A stretch of 64,000 bases of DNA from Dehalococcoidia bacterium. Its GTDB lineage: Bacteria > Chloroflexota > Dehalococcoidia > Plut-88900. The first letter of the stretch is position 1; each line of letters starts with the position of its first letter. The notes under the pieces are model-generated. The model was not told the origin of the DNA, did not search any database, and saw only the letters and a list, made by a program, of their open reading frames with translations. Shown in pieces: positions 57,148-64,000 of the stretch. The position numbers and the translations under genes are program-made. Location: positions 57,912 through 121,911 of the forward strand of contig CBDFLQ010000007.1 in NCBI GenBank assembly GCA_965249275.1. The letters are read 5' to 3'.

Positions 57148-58065
57148 ATGGGCATAATAATAGACATCTGGGACGCGCTCTTACTCCAGCCTATGCTGAA
57201 CGCGCTGATCTTCCTGTACGGCGTCCTCGCTAGCAATTTCGGGTTGAGCATCATTGCCTTCACCATAGCGGTTCGCATAGCCATGTACCCGCTGACCCGC
57301 AAGCAGCTGAACGCCTCCCGAGCCATGTCAGGCCTCCAGCCGAAGATCCAGGAGATCCGGCAGAAGTACGGCAAGGACTCCCAGAAGGTCACCCAGGAGA
57401 CCATGAAGCTGTACAAGGAGGAGGGGGTGAACCCCATCGGGTGCTTGGGCCCGATGTTCGTGCAGCTTCCTATATGGATAGGCCTTTACCAATCGATCAT
57501 CCAGGCCATGCCCCGGAACCCCGAGCGCCTTGTCGATCTCTCACAGAAGCTGTACTCATGGCTCCCCGGGGTCCACACCGCCATACCGCTGAACAAGGGT
57601 TTCCTCTGGTTCGACCTCTCGGAGCCCGACCCCACCAAGGTCATGCTGCCCTTGCTCGTCGGCGGCTCGATGTGGGTACAGCAGAAGATGATGGCCACCG
57701 TGTCCACGGACCCGAAACAGATGCAGATGAACCGGATGATGCAGTGGATGATGCCCGTGATGTTCGGCATGATCACCATCGGGTTTCCCAGCGGCCTGGC
57801 CTTATACTGGGTCGTGTCCAACACCATAGGTATTGCCTTGCAATACCGGGCCGCGGGGTGGGGCAACCTTTTCCCCTCAGCCGACATCGCTTCTCAGCCG
57901 GCTGACGCCCGTTCTGCTAAGGCCGCCGATAGCTCAAAGGAGATGGTAGTCCATGGAGAGCCTGGAAGTGTCGGCAAAGACAGTGGAGGAAGCGATCGAC
58001 CTGGCCCTGAAACAGCTCGAGGCAGATCGAGAAGAGGTCGTCGTCGTCGTCGTAACAGAGGGTAG
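57148..58065 (+). CDS. yidC: Membrane insertase YidC (short, monoderm type) with highly basic C-terminal tail
   Basis: 305 aa, reading ...LTRKQL.S...MQ.LQP...EIRQKY..D..K...E.MKLYKE.GVNP. The tail is ...RGRSRRGRRRRRNRG. Confidence 0.9.
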   Translation: MGIIIDIWDALLLQPMLNALIFLYGVLASNFGLSIIAFTIAVRIAMYPLTRKQLNASRAMSGLQPKIQEIRQKYGKDSQKVTQETMKLYKEEGVNPIGCLGPMFVQLPIWIGLYQSIIQAMPRNPERLVDLSQKLYSWLPGVHTAIPLNKGFLWFDLSEPDPTKVMLPLLVGGSMWVQQKMMATVSTDPKQMQMNRMMQWMMPVMFGMITIGFPSGLALYWVVSNTIGIALQYRAAGWGNLFPSADIASQPADARSAKAADSSKEMVVHGEPGSVGKDSGGSDRPGPETARGRSRRGRRRRRNRG

Positions 58066-58612
58066 AGCGGGTATACTCGGCATCGGCAGCGAGCCGGCCA
58101 GGGTAAAGGTTACTCCCAGGGATAAGACCCCCAAGGCAGTCACCCTCGCCAAAGAGGTCCTTGAGGATATATTCGACAGGCTGGACGTCGACGCCGAGGT
58201 CCGGCTGAGGACCAACAGCCTTTCCGGCAAGGACCTGTCCCTGGACATTCTTGGCGACGATTCGGGCCTGCTCATAGGTCGGGGTGGCGTCACCCTGGAC
58301 TCCCTCCAGTTCATGGTGAACTTCGTCGTCAGCCGCAGGCTCAACGAATGGTCCCCCGTCAACATAGACGTGGAGGGCTACCGACAGCGAAGGTACACGT
58401 ACCTGGAGACTCTTGCCGAAAGGCTCGCCAAGAGGGTTCGCACCACCGGCAAACCCTTCACCCTTGACCCGTTGCCCGCCAACGAACGCCGGATAATCCA
58501 CCTGGCGCTCGCCAATAACTCCCAGGTCACCACCGAAAGCACCGGCAGCGGCAGCGAACGTCGGTTATCCATCCTGCCCGCGCCCGGCTCCCGTCGTCTC
58601 TCCCGTATCTGA
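57953..58612 (+). CDS. jag: Jag/KhpB-type RNA-binding protein (Jag_N + KH + R3H)
   Basis: 219 aa. The N-terminus is MESLEVSAKTVEEAIDLALKQL, and the C-terminal R3H context is ...PLPANERRIIHLAL. AAGGAG lies upstream. It overlaps the yidC 3' end by 113 nt in another frame. Confidence 0.88.
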   Translation: MESLEVSAKTVEEAIDLALKQLEADREEVVVVVVTEGRAGILGIGSEPARVKVTPRDKTPKAVTLAKEVLEDIFDRLDVDAEVRLRTNSLSGKDLSLDILGDDSGLLIGRGGVTLDSLQFMVNFVVSRRLNEWSPVNIDVEGYRQRRYTYLETLAERLAKRVRTTGKPFTLDPLPANERRIIHLALANNSQVTTESTGSGSERRLSILPAPGSRRLSRI

Positions 58613-58666
58613 TCCTGCGGGGCGGGACTGAATAGTAAGGGGAAGTTTAGCGAGAGGAGGCTGAAC

Positions 58667-58978
58667 ATGACTCTAACCCCGAGCGAAAAAGAAAGGCTGA
58701 TAGACGAATCTTTAGAGATAATTGAGGAATTGGGTGGGGTGAAGAGTATCCGCGAGGGCCTCGCCGAAATGGACACTGCTTGGCGACGTATGGACCGCGA
58801 GAGTGAGACCTTGCTCAAGCTATACCCCGACAAATGGGTGGCGATGAGTAAGGATGGAGTTGTGGCAGTGGGCGACTCACTGGAGGGCGTTTTCAGCAAA
58901 GTAGACACTTTGGGCTTACGCCGCAATTCCATCAATGTTAAATTCATTGCTACGCACCCTCGTACCTTGATCCTGTGA
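58667..58978 (+). CDS. Small DUF5678-like protein
   Basis: 103 aa. The C-terminal half LYPDKWVAMSKDGVVAVGDSLEGVFSKV...IATHPRTLIL resembles the DUF5678 pattern. GAGGAGG lies upstream. Confidence 0.55.
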   Translation: MTLTPSEKERLIDESLEIIEELGGVKSIREGLAEMDTAWRRMDRESETLLKLYPDKWVAMSKDGVVAVGDSLEGVFSKVDTLGLRRNSINVKFIATHPRTLIL

Positions 58979-59400
58979 TACTGGGTGGGTTTGACGGTGA
59001 CGGATGGCCTTATATAAAGGGATTTCTGGTCCTTCCTCGCCTGGGGATTTATGGTAATGTCCAATTCCTACTGGATACTGGTGCCGAATCAACGTGCATT
59101 CATCCGGCGGACTCCCTGAAGCTAGATATACCCTTTGGTAGACTCCTTTCCCCAAGTATGTCCTACGGCGTTGGGGGAAGCTCCCTTTACCATAAAGAAC
59201 CGGCCGTCCTTTCCTTCTTAGACGATGTGGTAATGCAGTCCTATAGAATTCACCTATACATTGCCGATCCCACCACCACAAATGCTGTGTTTCCTTCCCT
59301 GTTAGGCCGGGACGTATTGAATCGTTGGCGTGTAGAGTACGATCCAACAAATTTGAGTCTCGAGTGTATAGTGCGTAGCGCCGACCGAACTGTAGACTAA
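58975..59400 (+). CDS. Retropepsin-like (clan AA) aspartic protease, single lobe
   Basis: 141 aa. It has the FLLDTGAEST active-site D-T-G and an LLGRDVLNRW flap/C-terminal motif. There is a 4-nt GTGA overlap with the upstream gene. Confidence 0.75.
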   Translation: MILGGFDGDGWPYIKGFLVLPRLGIYGNVQFLLDTGAESTCIHPADSLKLDIPFGRLLSPSMSYGVGGSSLYHKEPAVLSFLDDVVMQSYRIHLYIADPTTTNAVFPSLLGRDVLNRWRVEYDPTNLSLECIVRSADRTVD

Positions 59401-59432
59401 ACAACCCCGGCTGTTAACGCGGAGATTGCGCA

Positions 59433-59933
59433 ATGGATTGTCCTACTTGCGGGACACGGAATGATGACAGATACAGGTTCTGCGGGACCTGCGGTAAGAA
59501 ATTACAAGAGCGAACATCCATATTCGGCAACCGTGACCCGATAGACCGGGAACCTCCTGCCGAAACAGGTCCCGTATTTGACCCTTACAGGGGCCCTGAA
59601 CCTATAGAACAGGCACCCCCTCCCGACCCCGTTTCCGGATATGGCTCCTACCGTGCCCCGGGCACAAATCCCACCCGGATACCGAACTACCTGGTTCCAG
59701 CCATCCTGGTTACCCTCTTCTGCTGTGTTCCTTTCGGTATCATTTCCATCGTCTACGCGGCTCAAGTGAATGGCAAAGTCGCGCTGGGCGACATAGAAGG
59801 AGCATTGCGAACATCCCGAAGCGCAAAGAAGTGGGCGTGGCTTTCGTTTGGCACGGGACTATTGATAACTGTAGGGTGGATAATCTACATAGGGGTTGGC
59901 CTTGCCGGTTCAGACTTGGGTGGGCTTGAGTGA
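59433..59933 (+). CDS. Zinc-ribbon + CD225/dispanin (IFITM-like) membrane protein, paralogue 1
   Basis: 166 aa. CPTCGTRN...RFCGTCG is followed by a Pro-rich linker and then NYLVPAILVTLFCCVPFGIISIVYAAQVN...second TM. Confidence 0.8.
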   Translation: MDCPTCGTRNDDRYRFCGTCGKKLQERTSIFGNRDPIDREPPAETGPVFDPYRGPEPIEQAPPPDPVSGYGSYRAPGTNPTRIPNYLVPAILVTLFCCVPFGIISIVYAAQVNGKVALGDIEGALRTSRSAKKWAWLSFGTGLLITVGWIIYIGVGLAGSDLGGLE

Positions 59934-59950
59934 ATCATGACGTTGCCGTA

Positions 59951-60049
59951 ACACACTCGCCCAACGTGCAAACCAAGACGTTCGCCCTAGACCCATGGTT
60001 CTGATTTGGAGGATGTCGGATGCACTGCCCAACCTGTGGTGCTAGAAAC
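59951..60049 (+). repeat. 99-bp direct repeat, copy A (leader + first 30 nt of CD225 paralogue 2)
   Basis: Ungapped hand alignment with 60662-60760 gives 87/99 identical positions. Confidence 0.85.
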
Positions 60050-60352
60050 TATTTGGATGCACGGTTCTGTAGAGGTTGTGGCCAAGACCTGCACGGATCT
60101 GAGCAGATGCCGCGCATCCGCAACTATCTTGCGCTGTCGGTTCTGGTAACCTTCTTCTGTTGCCTCCCCTTGGGTATAGCTGCCATCATTTATGCAGCCC
60201 AGGTGAACGGGAAGCTCGCCGCGGGGGATATAACAGGTGCACGGCAGGCGTCCCGTACTGCACTAAAGTTGGTAGTATTTTCCTTTTTACTCGGGTCGAT
60301 AATAATCGGGTTGCCGCTTGCGTACATGCTTGTGTGGATATTTACATATTAG
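60020..60352 (+). CDS. Zinc-ribbon + CD225/dispanin membrane protein, paralogue 2
   Basis: 110 aa, reading MHCPTCGARN...RFCRGCG...NYLALSVLVTFFCCLPLGIAAIIYAAQVNGK. Confidence 0.8.
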   Translation: MHCPTCGARNYLDARFCRGCGQDLHGSEQMPRIRNYLALSVLVTFFCCLPLGIAAIIYAAQVNGKLAAGDITGARQASRTALKLVVFSFLLGSIIIGLPLAYMLVWIFTY

Positions 60353-60396
60353 CCAGTGCCCGCAACCGCATGAGTAAAGTGCTGAATTGAAGCCTC

Positions 60397-60756
60397 ATGC
60401 CCAACAATGATGACTATTACAAGTTCCTTGACGTGTCTCCGACTGCCTCTCTTGAGGAGATCAGGAGCACCTTCCGGCGGATGGCGCTCAAGTACCACCC
60501 CGACAAGAACAAGGACCCTTGGGCCGAGACAATCTTCATGCAGATCAATGAGGCCTATCAGGTACTCGGAAACCCCAAGAAACGAGCCGCCTATGACGCA
60601 GAAAGACGAGCCGAGGCCCAACGTGCCGAGGAACGCCAACGCGGCCAACAGGGGCCTCGCTACACACTCGCCCGATGTGCAAACCAAGGCCTTCGCCCTA
60701 GACTCATTGACCTGATTTGGAGGAAATCGGATGCACTGCTCTACCTGTGGTGCTAG
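60397..60756 (+). CDS. J-domain (DnaJ-like) protein
   Basis: 119 aa, reading DYYKFLDVSPTASLEEIRSTFRRMALKYHPDKN...INEAYQVLGNPKKRAAYD, with the HPD motif present. The last ~31 codons lie inside repeat copy B. Confidence 0.8.
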   Translation: MPNNDDYYKFLDVSPTASLEEIRSTFRRMALKYHPDKNKDPWAETIFMQINEAYQVLGNPKKRAAYDAERRAEAQRAEERQRGQQGPRYTLARCANQGLRPRLIDLIWRKSDALLYLWC

Positions 60757-60760
60757 AAAC
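60662..60760 (+). repeat. 99-bp direct repeat, copy B
   Basis: See copy A. It spans the J-domain ORF 3' end and the start of CD225 paralogue 3. Confidence 0.85.
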
Positions 60761-61153
60761 GATGACAACGCCCGGTTCTGTGTCAACTGCGGCCAAAAAC
60801 TGGAAGCTGAGGAGTCGCTACCCGGTGGCAGTCCTCCCTATCAACGATTCGGAGGTTCCACCTATGAACCTTTCGGGGATTCCGACAGCCACCCACAGCA
60901 CATTCCCAACTACCTAGTACCGTCAATCCTGGTTACCATCTTCTGCTGCCTGCCGTTGGGCATAGCGGCCATCATCTTTGCAGCCCAGGTGAATGGGAAG
61001 GTCGCCGCCGGCGACATCGCTGGGGCACAGTCGTCATCCCGCACGGCTAGAACCTTGGTAATAGTTCCCGTCGTAGTGGGAGCGGTAGTAATCGGCATAG
61101 CACTGCTGGCAGGACTCTTGGGAGATCCTCCTCCCGAGTTGATCAATGAATGA
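60731..61153 (+). CDS. Zinc-ribbon + CD225/dispanin membrane protein, paralogue 3
   Basis: 140 aa, reading MHCSTCGARN...RFCVNCG...NYLVPSILVTIFCCLPLGIAAIIFAAQVNGK. Confidence 0.8.
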   Translation: MHCSTCGARNDDNARFCVNCGQKLEAEESLPGGSPPYQRFGGSTYEPFGDSDSHPQHIPNYLVPSILVTIFCCLPLGIAAIIFAAQVNGKVAAGDIAGAQSSSRTARTLVIVPVVVGAVVIGIALLAGLLGDPPPELINE

Positions 61154-61156
61154 ACC

Positions 61157-61609
61157 ATGTCGTTAAGTACACAAACTAAAGACTTCCTACAGCCGATTCG
61201 CGGATACGTACTCTCCGAGAGGGCCATCTATGTAGCCGCAGGCCTCTTGGCCCTTGGCGCTGCCGCTATGCTTTACGTCCTCGACCCCCGGGAGCCGGGC
61301 AACTACCCCATCTGTCCCTTCCTGGGCCTGACCGGCTACCACTGCCCCGGCTGTGGCACACTTCGGGCTTTGCACCAGCTTCTCCACGGCAGCCCCTTGA
61401 ATGCAATAGGGTACAACCCACTCACGATACTCTCGCTGCCTTTCCTTGCGTATGCCTTCGTTGCAGGTGGGTTGAGAGCCTTCCGGGCCCCGGCGCCCGC
61501 GCCCATCATTATCCACCCCAAGCTTATATGGGCCATGCTCTTCGGCATAGCGGCCTTCTGGGTCCTGCGAAACATCCCTATCCAGCCCCTCTCCATCCTC
61601 GCTCCCTAG
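61157..61609 (+). CDS. DUF2752-family membrane protein
   Basis: 150 aa. CPFLGLTGYHCPGCGTLRALHQLLHG is followed by TM helices. Confidence 0.75.
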   Translation: MSLSTQTKDFLQPIRGYVLSERAIYVAAGLLALGAAAMLYVLDPREPGNYPICPFLGLTGYHCPGCGTLRALHQLLHGSPLNAIGYNPLTILSLPFLAYAFVAGGLRAFRAPAPAPIIIHPKLIWAMLFGIAAFWVLRNIPIQPLSILAP

Positions 61610-61624
61610 TCCCGCTCACATAGA

Positions 61625-61670
61625 GGGGTGACATCACCCCCTTGACTGCATAAGACAAATGTTCTATTAT
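61625..61670 (+). promoter_or_regulatory. 16-bp perfect palindrome abutting a near-consensus promoter
   Basis: GGGGTGACATCACCCC (61625-61640), then TTGACT (61642-61647), a 17-nt spacer, then TATTAT (61665-61670). No credible ORF lies downstream. Confidence 0.4.
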
Positions 61671-61911
61671 TGGGCTGGTCTAGACCCGACACCCACCTTA
61701 AGGAGGAACCAAAAACCCAGGGGAAGCCCACCAGACCCACCCGAGGACTCAACGCCCAAGCCCATCCCAACGGCCCTCGCGCAGGCCCGAGGCTCAAGCA
61801 AAAGATGTCATCTCCTCATCCCACCGGGTCCCGTGCCCCCTTCCCTGACCCCCAGGCGATGGAAGAAGCCCTGGCTTTCTACTCCCACCCCTCTCCCGCC
61901 ACCCCCCCGTC

Positions 61912-61933
61912 ATTCCGGCCCCCGAGCCGGAAT
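61912..61933. repeat. ATTCC...GGAAT hairpin repeat, copy with the same CCCCGA loop as copy 1
   Basis: ATTCCGGC-CCCCGA-GCCGGAAT, preceded by CCACCCCCCCG. Confidence 0.7.
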
Positions 61934-62534
61934 CCAGGGGCAGGGTGCGCAGAGAGATTACAACAAGGGTGACAGGAGCTGTACTCGCGGACCGTGTGAC
62001 CCCCATAGAGAACCGTCTCGAAGTTCGGACCGCATTGCAAGAGTTAGCGCGCTACGGCGAGGGGGTGCCGGAGGATTTGCTCCGTATCGCTCCGGCAAAG
62101 TAGGACAAATATAGTTTGGCTTGTGGGGCCACAGCTGGATCCCTGGCCCACGAGATGCCCATAGTGGCATACAGCCCAAAAATGGAGCCTCTGACGGACA
62201 TCCTGCCCTGGATCGGTCCGTGCATATAATCGAGCAAAGGGCACGGCCGGCTGCAAGTCCCTCCCTCTCAGGCGGGGCCTGCTCTCCAGGTCCCCCGACA
62301 GCCGGAACACCCGCAAAGAGAGATGCAAAGCCAATTAGAGGGCAAGAGGGCCTCTTCCATCGCCAACCCAAAACCCAACAAACAGAACGGAACCCGAAAC
62401 CCCACAACTGAATAGAAACCCGGCGTGTCACTAACCTGCCGAACGAGTGCACTCCCTAGTCCTTCCATCTGCCTAACAGGTAAACTTACTCTGCCCCACT
62501 CGCTCCCCGCCCTTCCATCAATAGGAGTTCACCG

Positions 62535-63917
62535 ATGCCCAATGCAACCGTGAAGATAGAAAACGTCCGCTTCATCCTTACCCTGGACCCGGAAAGAAGG
62601 ATCATCCGGGACGGGTCGATTATCGTTGAAGGTTCGAGGATTACCCAGGTCGGCAAGGCCGCCGACCTCAAGGACGTCCCCGCAGACAGGGTGATCGATG
62701 GCTCTGAAATGGTGGCGACACCCGGCTTCATCAACGGTCATCTCCACATCTCCTACGCCCACGCCACGCGAGGCATATTCCCCGATTCCCTCGACCCGGT
62801 CGACTACTTGGGTAACGTCTTCCGCCTCGCCCTCCAGATGCGCCCCGAGGAGGAGTACAACACCTCCCTCCTCGCCCTCACCGAGGCCCTTAAATACGGC
62901 ACTACCACCGTCGTAGACCCGGGCACCACCCGCTATCCCGACTCCTGCATCAAGGCGTACGAGGAGTCCGGGGCGAGAGTCATCATCGGGGCATCGGTTA
63001 CCGATCTTCCCAACGCGATCAACGTACCTCTAGTCAGCCTGCAAGATGCAGAGCAATTGATGGAGAGCACGGTCAAGCAGTTCGACGGCGCACTGGACGG
63101 CCGAGTCCGGGCCTGGACCATGCCCGCCGACGTTAGCTCCTCGTCCAAGGAGCTGCTTCAGGCCGCCAAGCGCATAGCCGACGAAAACGGCACCCGGATG
63201 ACCATCCACTGCGTTAATTCACCCCAGGCGGTGGAGGCCTTTCTTAGCAACTATGGTAGGCGACCCATCGAGTGGCTGGAGGACATCGGCGTCCTTGGCC
63301 CCAACCTCCTGCTCGCCCACGTGGTCGGCCTCAACGACTCGGAGGTTGACTGTGTGGCCAGGACAGACACCAAGATGGTAATGTGCCCGACCGCGGCCGT
63401 GAAGATGGGTGCAGGCACCTCTTCGCGGGGCCGTTTGCCGGAGATGATAGAGAGCGGAGTCACTGTCGGCCTGGGCACCGACTCTGCGAACAACTCCTGT
63501 GTCGCCGAAGTTTTGCGGTCGATGTACTTAGCCGCGGTCCTATACAAGGATGGCCGGGGCTCGACCAGCATGGTCCCTGCGGAGAAGGCCCTGGAGATGG
63601 CCACAATCGACGGCGCGCGGGCCCTGGGGCTCGAGTCGGACATCGGCTCCATCGAGACCGGCAAGAAGGCCGATATTGTCCTCTTCGACACCCGCCGCCC
63701 CGAGTGGCGCACCCTGTTCAATCCCGTCAACAGCCTGGTATACAATGCCGATGGCAGGAGCGTGCACACGGTTCTCGTCGACGGCAGGATAGTGGTAGCG
63801 GACCAAAAGCCAACCTACGTGGACGAGTGGGAGTTGATCCAGAAGGTGCAGGCCATAGGCGCAGACATGCTCTCCCGCACTAACACCCACTTCCCGCAGT
63901 CTTGGCCCATTGTCTAA
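62535..63917 (+). CDS. Amidohydrolase (chlorohydrolase / aminohydrolase SsnA-MtaD-like)
   Basis: 460 aa. It has a GFINGHLHISY HxH motif, a C-terminal ...GSIETGKKADIVLFD motif, and AGGAG upstream. Confidence 0.82.
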   Translation: MPNATVKIENVRFILTLDPERRIIRDGSIIVEGSRITQVGKAADLKDVPADRVIDGSEMVATPGFINGHLHISYAHATRGIFPDSLDPVDYLGNVFRLALQMRPEEEYNTSLLALTEALKYGTTTVVDPGTTRYPDSCIKAYEESGARVIIGASVTDLPNAINVPLVSLQDAEQLMESTVKQFDGALDGRVRAWTMPADVSSSSKELLQAAKRIADENGTRMTIHCVNSPQAVEAFLSNYGRRPIEWLEDIGVLGPNLLLAHVVGLNDSEVDCVARTDTKMVMCPTAAVKMGAGTSSRGRLPEMIESGVTVGLGTDSANNSCVAEVLRSMYLAAVLYKDGRGSTSMVPAEKALEMATIDGARALGLESDIGSIETGKKADIVLFDTRRPEWRTLFNPVNSLVYNADGRSVHTVLVDGRIVVADQKPTYVDEWELIQKVQAIGADMLSRTNTHFPQSWPIV

Positions 63918-64000
63918 ATGTCGAAACTAGCTCTGATAATTCGTCACGCCGCCCCCGAGACCCTGGCCGGGAACTACACCTCGGTCCTACAGGAGCGCGG
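63918..64000 (+). CDS. Partial CDS (N-terminus only), possibly class-I glutamine amidotransferase-like
   Basis: The ATG immediately follows the previous stop. MSKLALIIRHAAPETLAGNYTSVLQERG resembles GATase1-like N-termini. Only 27 codons are visible. Confidence 0.3.
   Translation, partial: MSKLALIIRHAAPETLAGNYTSVLQER

Noticed and set aside
61968-62111. 47-codon GTG-initiated ORF (VTGAVLADRVTPIENRLEVRTALQELARYGEGVPEDLLRIAPAK) inside the long non-coding interval.
   Set aside because: The composition is protein-like, but there is no convincing RBS and no recognisable family. It is too weak to annotate and could be a remnant of a decayed gene.

Overview
This is a GC-rich, densely packed bacterial chromosomal segment with about 65 protein genes on both strands. 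I read three RNA genes directly from the sequence: tmRNA (ssrA, next to smpB), class-A RNase P RNA (rnpB) and tRNA-Pro(UGG). Housekeeping anchors are smpB-ssrA, rnpB, cmk, glmS, pckA and the rpmH-rnpA-yidD-yidC-jag cluster. Much of the rest is catabolic: several amidohydrolase paralogues, TPP- and FAD-dependent enzymes, a copper amine oxidase, a penicillin-acylase-family hydrolase, an M20 peptidase and an agmatinase-like protein. There is also a DtxR-controlled iron ABC importer. The gene content resembles marine Chloroflexota (SAR202-like), but that is inference only.

I saw no rRNA, CRISPR array, transposase or integrase.

The items most worth a second look, in coordinate order:
- An operon-like string of ppx/gppA, two thymidylate-kinase-like paralogues (one with Walker-A Lys replaced by Arg), a homocysteine methyltransferase and a CPA2/CBS antiporter.
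- A 1136-aa surface protein with ten tandem FN3-like modules.
- Two ORFs joined by an in-frame TGA into a PrdB/GrdB-family selenoprotein with a candidate SECIS hairpin. This gene sits between a functional copy and a relic copy of the 3' end of the neighbouring ureohydrolase gene, next to ssrA.
- An sbcC/rad50-like gene with no sbcD, placed behind dtxR.
- A lone phage terminase large-subunit gene bracketed by a family of ATTCC...GGAAT hairpin repeats.
- rnpA with no canonical start codon (probable CTG).
- A retropepsin-like protease coupled to a small DUF5678-like gene.
- A cluster of three zinc-ribbon/CD225 (IFITM-like) paralogues plus a J-domain protein and a DUF2752 protein.
- A 925-bp gene-free stretch with a near-consensus promoter.

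All calls come from reading the sequence and the translations by eye. No database search was run, and RNA ends are good to a few nt only.
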